The notes beneath the pieces were generated by a model. It saw only the letters and a program-made list of their open reading frames with translations. It was not told the origin of the DNA and did no database searches. Both the position numbers and the translations under genes were made by a program. Of a stretch of DNA of 64,000 nt, positions 1 to 12,717 are shown one piece after another (position 1 is the first letter of the stretch; each line of letters begins with the position of its first letter). Location: assembly GCA_030704615.1 (NCBI GenBank), contig CM060732.1, positions 45,136,001 through 45,200,000 of the forward strand, written 5' to 3'. The DNA is from Takakia lepidozioides (lineage: Eukaryota; Plantae; Bryophyta).

Positions 1-2543
1 GCAAAATCTTCTTTCTCTTCATCACTGGAAGATTCTGACAGCTCATTGATGTCCTCGTAAGGATCGCTGTCCTCCAGAGCCTCAATCTCATCTTCCTCCT
101 GATCTTTGACCTCGCTCTCTTCCTTGGCGCTGCTGTCGGTTCCGTCCCCCTCTACCGATTTCAGACCCCTCCCTTCCAAGCTCATCAGAGAGAGGTGAAG
201 AGAGCCTACATTCTTCTCACACTCTGATGTCCGGCTGTCCTTTCGATCCGTATTTTCTTGTCTGATTTCGCCACTCTCCAGCTCTTCATCCGACGGGCCA
301 ACATGGAACTCACCTCTTCCAGTACCAACAACAACCCAGTTTGCACTACTTTCATCTTTAACTTCCTGCCCATTTTCTTGTTCCATTCTCTCTTGAAGGC
401 TCTGATATTCTCTATGTAGCGGTTCGACCTCTCCCGTCTCGTCCAACCAGCTGTCCCACAGATTCTCCCCCAGAGCAACCTCCCCGTCAGTAACCAGCTC
501 GACTAGTTCCGCTCCCACCAGAATTCCACTACCCATAGTTCCACTAACGTCAAATTCAGGAAACACAAGCTCGGCTTGCTCCATGTCCAGCGCAATGCCA
601 TTGGCGAACACATCTCGTCCAACGTCTCCATCACCCTCCACAGTGGGCAGCCGAAACAAGGAGCCCGGCATTGTGCAGCTAATCGGTGGAAATTCCACAG
701 CAGGCTCGCCAGACATGCCTCTTCTGTTTTCCCCCTCAAACTAGCTGCCTCGCACTTTGTGCGTGTGCTGTGTAAGGCGCACACCTTGCCTAAAACCCTC
801 GGCTTTAGCCCCAGTTCACTAAACTGGGTGACGCCGCCACCCAGATGATCCCTCTACAGTGCCTTCAGACCTAAAGTCGGTTTAGGTTCCTTTCCAGCTG
901 CAGCTAATCACGTTCGGAATTGTAGTAGTACTTTGCATGCCACCTCAAGTCCGGTAATTATGCACAGCCACATCACCACAGCCACAAGCGCTCATTTTGT
1001 GTTTTGGGAGCAAATCGATCCCACAGCAAATCAGGTATTCATCAGATGTCAAGCCAGGTGGAAGAAATGGTGGGACCATCAACTCTGCTGGATGAGTTGC
1101 AGCTGACTTTGTCACCGCCAGTCATTCATCTCTTGACTCCTGCTTTTCGTGATCAGAGCGCGCCCTCTCATTGCGTGTGAGAAGGCCGGAGGTTTAACAT
1201 CATGCTGCAGATTGACGGGCCAGACTGTGGAGCTGTGAGCTGGGTAGCCAGCTCGGCCAGGGCGGATATCGAAGCCTTCAGAGCGATGGTTCCGCAGCCA
1301 TCAGGGATACTCGATAGAGGTATGGAGTCTGGTCATAAAAATCGTTTTGCAATTTCTGGGGTCTGGGAACTTTACTTCGGAGCGATTCAGGCTCCATACT
1401 GTGCTTTTCCAACTACCATCTTGGTCGAAGAATTTGACTTTGTGGGAATGCATCGGCATTCCTATTCCTCCTTCCATCAGGTCCTCCAGTAATTGTTCGA
1501 GTATGTGGAATGTACGTTCATATTCATTTCCATTCATGGCATTTGAGAGAATGAACTCATGAGACGTTGTTTGCGGTAGCCTTGTTTCCATAGACCCCAA
1601 ACATAAGCTTGGCAAGGGGTTACTGCCTTGAGCGGAAGAAAGGGAATAGATACTATCTTCTGTAAGGGACTCACTCAAGTGACTTACCGTGATATAGACA
1701 ATTAGTTCGGGTTTTTCAGATATCCTCTAGAAAGCCCTTCACACAAGCATCAACTTGCTGCGGGTGAGCTGCCCAGCAATTAGACCCCGACAGGGCAAGG
1801 GCTCTAGGCCTCAGGAATTACAAAGTTGGTAATCAGAGGTGCGGAGACAATGTTCTTGATGTTCCTGAAGAGGGTCACTCTCTGGTGAGAATATCCCGGA
1901 CAATGTATCAGATAATTGATATTGTCTTCAGGATGCCCACACATCGGGCAATTACAATCTCCTCTTCGTCCTGCATCTGTGTATTGTTCAAAGGTAGGTT
2001 TGCCGCCCTAGTTCAATTTCAGTCTAGTTCTGAGGGTAGGTAGGACCTGGAGATCATTCTTAAGGTCCTCGTCCATGGCATATGAGAGATAGAGAGAGAG
2101 AGAGAGTGACTCATCTACACTGCAGCCATTGTAGCCCCTGTGCGATCCCCTTTTTTTGGGAAATGGCACCGTAAGCTGATAATTTTCTTATGGTGTTTGC
2201 ATGTCGGCCAGACAGTGAGCAGAGATTAGCTCTGGGAGGTGTTCTTCTCGGATCCTTCACAGTTGTGGGACAACAGGTTTGGTAAGGTTAGGCTATCTTC
2301 ATTAGAAGGTGCAAGGCAAGATGATGGTTTGTGGACGGGGTTGTATCTTCAGCTGCTCTCACATTGATATATGCACCTTCAGTTGTTTGTATTTATTCAA
2401 TTTCTTTCTTGAGATAGCTCCCTGTGTTCGAAATATTCTTGTCGTTGTGGTGGTTGCAGCCTGGACTACATGAGGCTGTGTTTGAAGTATGGCTGCGCAG
2501 CTGCCCACTTGTGGTTTGCACATAAAAATCCAAGATCACCAGA
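1..2543. repeat. Segmental duplication block A, copy 1 (direct repeat of 18489-21151; continues beyond the left edge)
   Basis: Near-identical sequence, with identical ORF translations at offset 18614 (e.g. 503..784 vs 19117..19398). Copy 1 lacks 126 bp at ~290 (CATCCG microhomology). Identity ends after CAAGATCACCAGA. Confidence 0.97.
1549..2077 (-). mobile_element. LINE family B, 5'-truncated 3' end (C-terminal cysteine-rich region plus 3' UTR)
   Basis: The minus strand reads CNCPMCGHPEDNINYLIHCPGYSHQRVTLF...QQVDACVKGFLEDI*KTR, a non-LTR ORF2 C-terminal pattern. It ends in the GCAAACAACGTCTYATGAGT terminus shared with 34735, 41446, 49356 and 63985. Confidence 0.7.
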
Positions 2544-3872
2544 TGGAGGCTCGGCCCTGAGATGCATACTGAATTCTGTAAGTTAGCTCGTTGGCTTCTG
2601 AAAGAGGATAAAGAGATGGAGTCTATAATGCCTCTTCTGGCTCTTCTGGGCATGTGAAGATGCTTTGTGAGGTAGGCAAACAGAAAGAGGCTCTACAGAC
2701 TTTAAACCAAGGAGCATCTCAGCAGATTCAGATATGTATGTGGTACGATGCTTTGGATGAGCGAATCATGCACAAAGGGGTGAAGCCGAACCACATCACC
2801 ATTGTTTGTGTTTGCAATGCGGGTGCAAGCCTGGGAGCCCTGGAAAAGGGGAAAAAGAGGTCCATGGTGACATCTTCAAAGCTAGAAGTGTACCAGATGT
2901 CCATGGCGACATCGTCAGAGCTGGAATTGTACCAAATGTCACTCTAAACACTGCCCTAGTGGACATGTATGTAAATTGTGGGTACATCGAGGATGCAAAG
3001 GGAGTGTTCGACACTATGGTTGAACGAGATGTGGTGTCGTGGAGTGCGATGCTTACAGGGTATGCACAGCAAGGACATGGGAAGGAGGCTTTGGAGACCT
3101 ATGAGATGTGGTGTCATGGAGTGCGATGCTTGCAGGGTATGAACAGTAGGGACGTGGGATGGAGGCTTTGGAGACCTATGAGCAAATGATGGACATGTTT
3201 GTGTGCATTTGCAATGCTTGTGCAAGCCTAGCAGCCCTGGAGAAGGGCAAAGAGGTGCATGGGGATATCGTCAAAGCTGGAATTGTACCAAATGTCAATC
3301 TAAACACTGCCCTGGCAGCTCTGGAAAAGGGGAAAGAGGTCCATGGCGACATCTTCAGAGCTGGAATTGTACCAGCTGTCATTCTGAACAATACCCTGGT
3401 GGACATATTTGCAAAATGTGGGTGCATCTAGGATGCAAAGGGAGTGTTCGACACTATGGCTGAACGAGATGTGGCATCGTGCAATCCTGGCAGCCCTAGA
3501 GAAGGGCAAAGAGGTGCATGGGGATATTGTCAAAGCTGGAATTGTACCAAATGTCATTCTAAACACTGCCCTGGCCGGCAGCTCTGGAAAAAGGGAAACA
3601 GGTCCATGGCGACATCTTCAGAGCTGGAATTGTACCAGCTGTCATTCTGATCAATACCTTGGTAGACATGTTTGCAAAATGTGGGTGCATCTAGTGTGCA
3701 AAGGGAGTGTTCAACACTATGGCTGAACGAGATGTGGTGTCGTGGAGTGCAATGCTTGCAGGTATGCACAACAGGGACGTGGGATGTAGGCTTTGGAGAC
3801 CTATGAGCAAATGATGGGGGAAGCACATCATGTTTGTGTGCAATTGCAATGCTTGTGCAAGCCTGGCAGCCC
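2470..3872 (+). pseudogene. PLS-class PPR pseudogene, 5' part (PPR-X)
   Basis: Repeated PLS motifs (ALEKGKEVHGDIVKAGIVPNV.LNTALVDMY..CG.IEDAKGVFDTM.ERDVVSWSAML) with frameshifts and stops. Cut at 3872 by an inverted insertion. Confidence 0.9.
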
Positions 3873-3895
3873 TGGGCATATCTCAAGGAATGTTT

Positions 3896-4829
3896 TCTGA
3901 TACCACAATATGATCCATGAGAATGAGGACCTCATTGCAGATGCGGATCTCATCAACAAGATGCGCAGCATATTATGTAATGCAATTTACGGTGTTAACG
4001 TCGAATTATTTCATTTCTATAATCTTGTACTGCGAACTTTGGATCGTACCGCGGTTCGGGTGATGGATCGTACAGCTTATTATTCTCGTCCAATGATGGT
4101 TAGGGCAATGGTAGAGAGTTGAGATGAATTCGGCGAGGAGTACAGCTCACCTCCCAAAAATAACTAACTTCGGGACCCAAGATAGCGTTGGAACACGGGG
4201 AATCTATCCGTAAGTAAATGGTATCGAGGCAGGTAATCTCAACAACGAGGACACGTTTGAAGGAGGTGGCGAAATCAGGTCTTTTCTCTTCCGCGTTTGG
4301 GTCAAGCATGCGTAAAGAAGAGGGTCCAGGTGAGTAAGTCTACGGATAATGGACCCGAGATGAGGTACATTGTATTTAGTATGCAGCTCCCGTTATCAAC
4401 GAACTAACTTGCAAGAAGGTGAGCCTGCCTCCGCCGGCGTCCAAGCTGATTGATCAGCAAACGAGCTGACACTGAATTCGGTTAAGTAGTAGCTACCTTC
4501 CGCAGACTTGCACGTGGACATTCAACTCATCTACAGACTCAGGTGTACGTCACTAGCACTGAAATCCGAAAGGTCATGGCAGAGCTTACTAAGAGTAAGT
4601 TACCAGCTTGTGCATCTTCCTGCCGATCTGCACTCCGACTCATGTGGTGATCTCCGAACAAAGTTGCGCAGCTCACTCAGGGTCAACTTGCAGAGTCAGA
4701 TCCGGATATCATGTCGCCGCATCGCTGCAGCACTTGCAATCCACAACATCCCCCGCCGCTTCCTTCGCCAATCTCTCTCTCTCTTTCAAAGCAAGTAATC
4801 GTCCTCAGACGGTGACGATATGACATGAC
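3896..4829 (-). mobile_element. Possible 5' LTR with tRNA-iMet primer binding site (second copy at 24657-25591, +)
   Basis: Starts TGTCA; about 0.9 kb later ...GGATCA is followed after 5 nt by TGGTATCAGA (PBS-like). The terminal inverted repeat is imperfect and no internal ORF follows. Confidence 0.4.
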
Positions 4830-5102
4830 ACGAGGTAAACAGGATTTACCGAATCACGTGACGCACATAAGGCTGCTCTATCAAACTATCAAACTCAAAA
4901 GGATGTTGCTATTATTATTTTCACAAAACATTCTCCGGTTTTATCCCTTTGTATTTGCAGGGACGTTATCTGACGGAATATCACGTACGTGACGTGGTCG
5001 TGTGTCTTTTCTTTTCTAAATTCTTTTCTTTTATTTAGTTCTAGGGAGATGAGTCATCCACCCAGATCTTCAAGAGATCTCACCCATCCACTGGGAAAGA
5101 AC

Positions 5103-5436
5103 CAGTATTGGTTGATTCAGCTACAAACCCCCGGAGGTTATCAAGAAGGTTTTCTGGATATATATAACCGCGGTTCTCAAAAAAACAAAGAACCGGCAAA
5201 GGCTCATAACAGCCGGTTGTGTTGTTTTGTAATAACCAGCCTGAAAACCGTCAAAGATCTGCCAAGACCCGCCGATTATTTGATGAAAACCACCTATTCT
5301 TTGAGGTTCTTACAAGTAACCGGAACCGGTGGTTCTAAGATCTGAAAAAACCAGAACCGGAGGTTCTTTGATCCTAAGATTTTGTAAAAACCGGGACCCA
5401 AGGGTATAAAAGAAATCAAATAACCGCCCAGTACTT
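5103..5436. mobile_element. hAT-type MITE (copy at 24069-24402)
   Basis: 8-bp target-site duplication GAAAGAAC at 5095-5102 and 5437-5444. Imperfect TIRs CAGTATTGG / CCAGTACTT. Many subterminal AACCGG/CCGGTT motifs; non-coding. Confidence 0.75.
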
Positions 5437-7444
5437 GAAAGAACCCTTTGTCTTTAGGCGGGCCCACCTTGGTGGTCGGGTCGTACTGCTTGTTCAATGT
5501 TGTATATAAACAAGCTTGATGGAATAGTACTTTCGAAATTACAAAGAGAGTTTCATTTGGTTTCTCAAAGACTTTGCCAATGCCGTTGAACTTTGCCTCT
5601 CGACACACTGTTCCTTTTGAGACAACCAAAGTTGTAGCCCAAGTGGTAATGTGCGCATACCACCTCGGGAGTACCATAGCCTTCGTGTGACAGCAGACCC
5701 GATGAGGTAGAAAGACACGATGAGGATGTACATCCACTTGTCTTCACAGCAGTTTCGCAGCAGGACTTTGAAATGGTACTTGCAGCTCGTTCATTGGATT
5801 TTGTTGATTACTTTTTTCTAGTCTTTGTGGAGCTACCATGCCTGTTTTCTTAATTTGCTGACCTCACCATGCTGTAGCACCCCCCTTATCCTATAAACCC
5901 CACCTTCTCAAATTGAGTGGCAAATCACACAGTCCCAGCTTTGGTTTCAACGATACCTCAATATGTGAGCTCACACACTGCTACACGATAAATCGGATCA
6001 AATTAGCTGCTAATATCGACTGCCTTTGCCTTGACAGCAGTAAACCTCTGCTGCCCGCCTTATTATTTGCGTACATGGGAAAAGCGCATATAGGTAATGG
6101 ATACCTATGGTTGCCTAGACAAAAGTAGTAATAAAGGGTTAGAGGATTCCCCAACCAAATTGCGAAAAAGTCTAGCGAGCATATAACCGTAAGAGTGCCA
6201 AAAAGTGTACTGTTAACCCAGTTTCTGTTGCACCAATAGTTGCTGGAAATCACTGCAAAATCTAAATACCTGAAGGCCCACAGACAACAGCTGCTTCCAG
6301 GCTCCAGCAAGGATTATCCACTAGATTTGGGTGGGGGGGGTTGGAAGCGAGCATCCTGGTCACATAAACCGCAATATAAGAGAGTAACATTACTATAAAA
6401 TATCGCACAAAGAAATACATTACTCTGTGATTACATGAATGATCTCCTTAGTTTTTCTGTCACAACCACTATTCTCACAAATGCCAGTATGTAAAAACCT
6501 TGAACTTGGTGATCTCTAACAAGCTGCCATGATTACCTGCACAGAGGCCCAGGGTGTGAAGCAGCACTCTTGCAGCCATGAAAGCAGCCCCAGTACCCGC
6601 AACCAGAGTACAACTTCACTATCAGAATGAGTCACCTTTTTTCTTACTGCAGAAACCAATTGCACATGCATTGATAAGCAATATGCAAGCATGTTGTGGA
6701 GTTTCAGGGCAAAGACGAGGAGAGAGTATACCACTCCACTGTGACTGCACTAACAACCAAAGGTCATTTTGAAGACTGCTCAAAGAACCTACTCACCCAG
6801 CCGATGCCAAAACCACAGCCCGCCCCGAACCCTGGAGATCAGATGTCTTATGCTCAAAATCCTCAGAGAACAAGCAAATGGAGAGGCACACTTTGATTAA
6901 TATGGGCTGGTAGTGCTGTTTTCAAAATCCAAAACTTGGTATTCTCCATCCTATAAAGGCTTGTCTTTTCTCTAGTGTTCAACAAATTCCTCCAAAGAAG
7001 AGACAGTCTGGCAAGTGGTATGAACTACTATCCATTGAGCCACAAGTTTAGGATTCAGAAGGCTTGCCTTCTAAACAGGAAACCGGGTCGTCAGTAAAGG
7101 CTTTGTAGAAATGGGTTCAGGATTCAATGATAGAGAATAATCCAGATTAGTAGCCTACAATTCTTGAATTTATTCTGATTTGTGACATTTGACCCTCGAA
7201 GAAGACTTAAGGCTGAGCAATTGTACAAAGTAGATTAGATGACATAAGCCCATCATCGAAGCTGATTTGAAGGTGGGGACCCTGAATCATTTGACATATA
7301 ATTCTGCCCAGGTGACAAGGAACCAAGCCAGATGCAGGGAGGGCACATGATCACAGGCTGCCAGAAACTTCCTAGCTCTGTTACAGGAAACAAAGTCACG
7401 GTCACAACATGTCCACAAATCTACTCTCCATAATGATATCCGGT

Positions 7445-8255
7445 GGATTCCCAGTTTTGATGACGTCAGCATGACCTCTTTGCCCTTTTCCAGGGCTGCC
7501 AGGCAAGCCCATTCACTGAGAGCACAAATGTATGTGACTTCTTTCCAGCATCACCCCATCCAGTCTCATTTGGCCATGCATCTCCAACGCCTCCCTACCA
7601 TACCCATGTTGAGCATACCCTCCGAATCATCGCATTCCATGAGACCACATTTCATATTTCAGCCATATCGTGGTGTGCATCCTTTACACTCCCGCATTTG
7701 GCATACATGTCCGCAAGGGCAGTCTCCTACGAGCCTTGCAAGGAGCCTCCTTAGCAAGGCAGCAAGAGTCTCCAGAACGATATCTGGCACAATTCCAGCT
7801 TTACTAATGTCAGCATGTACCCCTCTGTCCATTTCCAAGGCTCTTATTCGCATGCTCATATTTGCTCCTTTGCTGGCGCACGCCTTCATAGCACCAATGA
7901 AAGTGACGTTGTTGGGGCTATTGGCACATACATCTGGGCAGCCTCCCTACCACACCCATGCTTGACATATCCTGCCATCAACATAGTCCATGTGAACACA
8001 TCTCATTCAGGCATTTGGTCAAACACTTGCTGAGCATCCACCAGGGTCCCAGACATGGCATACATGTTGACAAGGGTCTTGAGTAGAAAGGTGTTTGCCT
8101 TGAATCCACTTTGAATAATATGAGCATGCACCTGTTTTCCCTCTGCTAGGCCTTGCATGTCGATGCACTCCCGAAAGAGACAGACGTAAGTGTTGGAGTC
8201 TGCAAAACTGCCTTTGGTTTAAAATTTGCAGGGCCTTTCAAGTTGTCTGCCATAC
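7445..8255 (-). pseudogene. Inverted copy of the PPR-Y fragment
   Basis: Reverse complement of 21252-22060; encodes degenerate PLS motifs. Confidence 0.88.
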
Positions 8256-9358
8256 ATGTATGCAAAATGTGGGAGCATTGAGGAAGGCTGAACGAGATTT
8301 GGTGTCCTGGAACGCCATGCTTGCAGGATATGCACAGCAGGGGTGTGGGATGGAGACCTTGGAGACCTATGAGCAAATGATGAGGAAAGGGGGGAAGTGC
8401 AACCACATCACGTTTATGTGCATTGGCAATGCTTGTGCAAGCCTGGCAGCCCTGGAAAAGGGCAAAGAGGTGCATGGTGACATCATCAAAGCTGGAATTG
8501 TACCAAATGTCATTCTGGACACTGCCCTGGTGGACATGTATGCGAAATGTGGTTGCATTGAGGATGCAAAGGGAGGACAATATGGCTGAACGCAATGTGG
8601 TGTCGTGGAATGCGATGATCGCAGAATATGCTCAGGATGGTTGTCATAGGGAGGTCCTGCAACTATTTGAATGAATGCAAAACAACGGCTTGAAGCTCGA
8701 CAGTATCACCTTTATGTGTTCTCTCTGCTTGCAGCCACACTAGCCTACTGAATGAAGGAAGACGCTACTTCGATTCCCTGAGTCAAGATCATGGTGACAC
8801 TCCGACAGTAAAGCACTTTGGCTGCATGGTGGACCTTCTTGGATGTGCGGGACAACTGGATAAGGCAGTGGACCTGATTAATAAAATGCCAATCAATCCA
8901 TATGTTGTGGTGTGGAAGGCCTTGCTTGGTGCCTGCAGAATCCATGACAATGTGGAGATGGCTGAACGTGCGGCAACATCTATCCTCAAGTGGGATGAAC
9001 ATGATGCCGCGACTTATGTGTTGTTATCACACATCTATGCTACTGCTGGCAGGTGGGATGATACTGCAAAGGTGAGAAGAATGATGAAGGTAAAAAAGGA
9101 GCCAGGTCGCTGCTGCATTGAGGTTTGCAAGAGGGTGCACACCTTCATTGCAGATGACAAGTTGCATCTCAGAATTAGGGAAATCCATGCTGAGCTGAGA
9201 AGATTGTCTGGGCAGATGAAGGAGGTGGGGTATGTGCCTGACACGCGCTTTGTATTGCATGATGTGGGGAGAAGGAAAAAGAATTTTCTCTTTGCCACCA
9301 CAGTGAGAAGCTGGCCATTGGTTTTGAAGATGGGATTTGTTTTTGTGGTGATTACTAG
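8256..9358 (+). pseudogene. PLS-E-DYW PPR pseudogene, 3' part (organellar C-to-U editing factor type)
   Basis: MVDLLGCAGQLDKA..VVWKALLGACRIH..YVLLSHIYATAGRWDD, PG box KKEPGRCCIEV, GYVPDTRFVLHDV. After a frameshift it reads CHHSEKLAIGF joined to EDGICFCGDY*. Confidence 0.93.
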
Positions 9359-10724
9359 TGAAACCACCATTTCCCGAGAGTATTGACCATGATGTACTGT
9401 TGAGTGCATTTGCTCTTGCATAAATCCACATGAAATGATAGTGGGGTCTACCCGGCATAGGTGGGAAGTCAGCCCATAACTGCACTTGACTGAAGGGGTG
9501 ATTTTTGACTGATTCTTGTGAGAGTGGATGGAAATCAGAGTGCTATCCTAATTCTGGGTTTGGGTAGTGTAGCTTCTCCAAAGCTTGAAGATGGAAGTGA
9601 GTACGAAATTTATTGAGCTTGATGAGAGAGGCAACCCTGGTGCACAAGTTTGTTCAGCATCTTAAATTTGGACATGTTTGTTTGTTTCTCGTGGTGTGGC
9701 TTTGGATGGAGCCCTTGACGAACTTGCATGAATATCGTCATAAGCTAGCCAACACCAAGATCCAATCCCATGGTAGCTGCTTGAAAGTTAATATAGTGAT
9801 TGTAGGATGTTGTTATTGATTGATGCGGCTTGACTCCCTCACACTAAAACATCGATTTGTGCGTGTTGGAGTTCAAGGTTGGGAGGAACCACTTGAGCTG
9901 CCAATCTCGAACAAGCCAAAAAACTCTCCTGAAATCCCCTTTGAACAAGAAAGTGAGGCCTTTTTTCTTGCTTCCAGACACCGTCCACACATCCCAAAAG
10001 CGAAGCTTTTGCATGTTGGTCAATTAATATCAATGAATTTACACCCAACTAAGGGATAACTTATGTGAATAATGAGAGGAAGATATATTTACTGCTCCTC
10101 CTTCGGCTATGAGGGCACTGTCATCGGAAGGATCTGTAGCTAGCCATGGTGCGAAGCTCAATTGTTGCATGAAGGGTTGTGCTGTTGTGGATCTATTGGT
10201 TTTTCTCTTTATCTCTCTCTGGAGTTCAGCTTGTAACTTTAGTTTTTGTTCTTGTAGGTTCTGAAGCATTTTGCTGATGCATAGTCCTCCAGAACAAGCT
10301 CTGATTCTGTTGCCTCGCTGCCGTCAAGTGTGAGTGGATTTTATGGCGTCTCATCAGGTGTGGAAGTGTCTGCATACTGGGCAGAAAATGGAGTTCAACT
10401 CCCCCTAACTTCTTGGGCATACATATATAGATACAATGAAATACGGAGACGTGACATGATAGCTTCGGCAACACTCTGCCATTCTTCTTGCGAAAAACAA
10501 TGAAATATGGGATGTATGTGTGTATCACCATGGAGATGACCCACCTTTTTTTGTGAAAATTGAATGTAGTTCTCAGAATTCGTCACTAGTAGTGCGGAGC
10601 AATGCGAAGCCTTAGTACTTAAGAATCCGAGTGGGTTGCAAGCTGTGGTGGGTAGCGTGATGGTAAGGTGATAGCAATGGGGGCGACGAAGTTCTAGGCT
10701 CAATTCTTGACGGGAGGCTTTGGT

Positions 10725-10960
10725 AGTATAACCCCGGTTGATGTAACCCTCAACTTGGTGTAACCCTCTGTAACCCCGATTTCTCATGTAACTCTTGTTG
10801 GTCCATTTTATACTTAGCTACATTTGGACTTAGTCAAATTTTGAGACCAAGTGTGGGTTACATCGCAACCCAAGTGGAGTTACACACCTCGTCGTGTAAG
10901 CCAATGTAACCCCAAGTGGAGTTACACACCTCGTCGTGTAACCCGATGTAACCCCCACTA
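10725..10960. repeat. GTAACC-motif cluster with a 42-bp tandem duplication, probably a DNA-transposon subterminal relic
   Basis: CCAAGTGGAGTTACACACCTCGTCGTGTAA at 10870 and 10912; TGTAACC recurs in both orientations. Confidence 0.55.
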
Positions 10961-11619
10961 GAGTTGATACTCCTTCAGTTCCATGTCACTCTCAAGTGAG
11001 CGTGGGGAAGATTTGACATGCCAAAAACCGGCGTACCATCCTATCAGAGGTTGCACGTGTGCATTAAGTTCTTACATTATTCCTAATATGTAAAGCAGTT
11101 TCATTCGGGCCCGGTTAATTCTAGAGTGGTCCAGGAATTAGCGTGGTCCAGGAGTTAAAAGAGGGGGCCAATATAATAAGGCCACCTGTATTAATTAACG
11201 AAATGAAGGTTCCGAAAATTAAGGATCCCAAGGCGTTAATCGGAAAGGTAAAAAAAAGGCGAATGGCCCAGCCAATGGGGAGGGCGGGCTGGGCCGCTGG
11301 AACGTGCGAATAATGAGGGCAGGTGTAGGTCCCTGCGTAGAAATAGGGGAAAGTTTTAGAAAAAACGACGGGGCAGTGGGCTCTGGAACATTCTAGAACA
11401 ACCTACGATCTGGAAACTTATGGAGCTTTGAAGAACGACAAAAGGAGTGGTGGCGGGAGGGTGGTGGGCCAGTGAGTTGATGTAGTAGGAGTGTGGAGTG
11501 GTGGGAGATAGGATGGTGGGACCAGTGGGTTGAGGCTGCTCTAGGACGTCGTAGCGAGCACCCTTTTTAGATATGTGGTTCAATCAATCCTTCTGTTATC
11601 TTCCTTTAATGTTCATAGA

Positions 11620-12717
11620 AAGTTTGCCATCAGCCAGATCCTTAAGAGGTTCAATACGGAGGATTGCAACCCAATCTCTACTCCCTGGAAGTTGGGAAAA
11701 GGTTATCCAAACAACATGAGCCCCAGACAAAGGAGGAGCAGGATGAGATGACTGAGGTTCCATACTGTCAAGCTGTTGGCAGTCTGATGTATGCTATGAC
11801 AGGCACTAAACCACATATAGCAATTGCAGTTGGAATGGTGAGTCAGTTTATGGCAAATCGGGATTGCTCACTAGAAAGCAGTCAAGAGAATCTTCAGGTA
11901 TTTGAAGGGGACTCAACATATGGTTCTGCAGTTTAAGGCTGGAGCAAATGATGCTTTGGAAGGCAGTTGTGATTCAGATTGGGGTGGGGACTTGGCTAGT
12001 AGGAAGTCCACCACAGGTTATGCCTTTACTTTGGGCAGTGGCGCAATCAGCTGGAATAGTAAAAAGCAACCTACAGTTGCTGTGTCTACTACAGAGGCTG
12101 AATACATAGTAGCTGCCCAAGCTGCAAAGGAGGCGATGTGGTTGCGAACGCTCTTGAATGAGCTGAACTTCATCTTAGTGAAAACAACCCCGATCAAGAG
12201 CGATAACCAAGGTAGCCTTGCTTTGATGAAAAACCCAGACTTTCATGCTCGAACCAAGCATGTTGATATTCACCATCATTTTGTGAGGAAGTAAATCCTT
12301 GTGCAAAAGATTGTCTTTCATTGTTGTAAGACAGAGGAGGAGACAGCTGACACTTTGACAAAAGATGTTCCAAGACCGAAGTTGGAACAATGCAGAATGC
12401 AGCTAGGGTTATGTGAACAATGAAAATTCACAAAGTGGGAGTGTTAGAAAGTTTGTTCAATTCAGTGTAACAGATGCTCCCTTAATAACAAGTTGGATAT
12501 TGTTAGATACTTTTGCTATTCATGTCATGACAAATAGAGAAAAGGCAGAAGAATGTTGCAGATAGGAATAGCACTAGGACTCAAATAGAAATATCTAAAG
12601 TTGAGGTTTGTGTATTTAAGTAAGCACTTCAGGCCATTGAATCACTCTCTTTCAATCTCCAGGAATAAAGTGTCTCTCCATAAACCTGTCTTTGTCTCTA
12701 TTTCTATATAGTTAGCA
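11620..12717 (+). mobile_element. Ty1/Copia 3' fragment: RT C-terminus, RNase H, PPT and 3' LTR
   Basis: PYCQAVGSLMYAM, DSDWGGDLASRKSTTGY, ISWNSKKQPTVAVSTTEAEY and HARTKHVDI, with a frameshift and a stop. PPT AAAGTGGGAG (12432-12441) is followed by TGTTAG. The LTR end (~12717) is tentative. Confidence 0.92.

Larger units (their letters stand above)
3873..8255. repeat. Segmental duplication block B, inverted copy of 21252-25614
   Basis: Reverse-complement identity over ~4.4 kb, with mirrored ORF pairs (4508..4798+ vs 24689..24979-, 6696..6896+ vs 22609..22809-) and few SNPs/indels. Confidence 0.97.

Noticed and set aside
10868-10955. CRISPR-like repeat
   Set aside because: Only two adjacent 42-bp units, no unique spacers, no cas genes, and a eukaryotic context.
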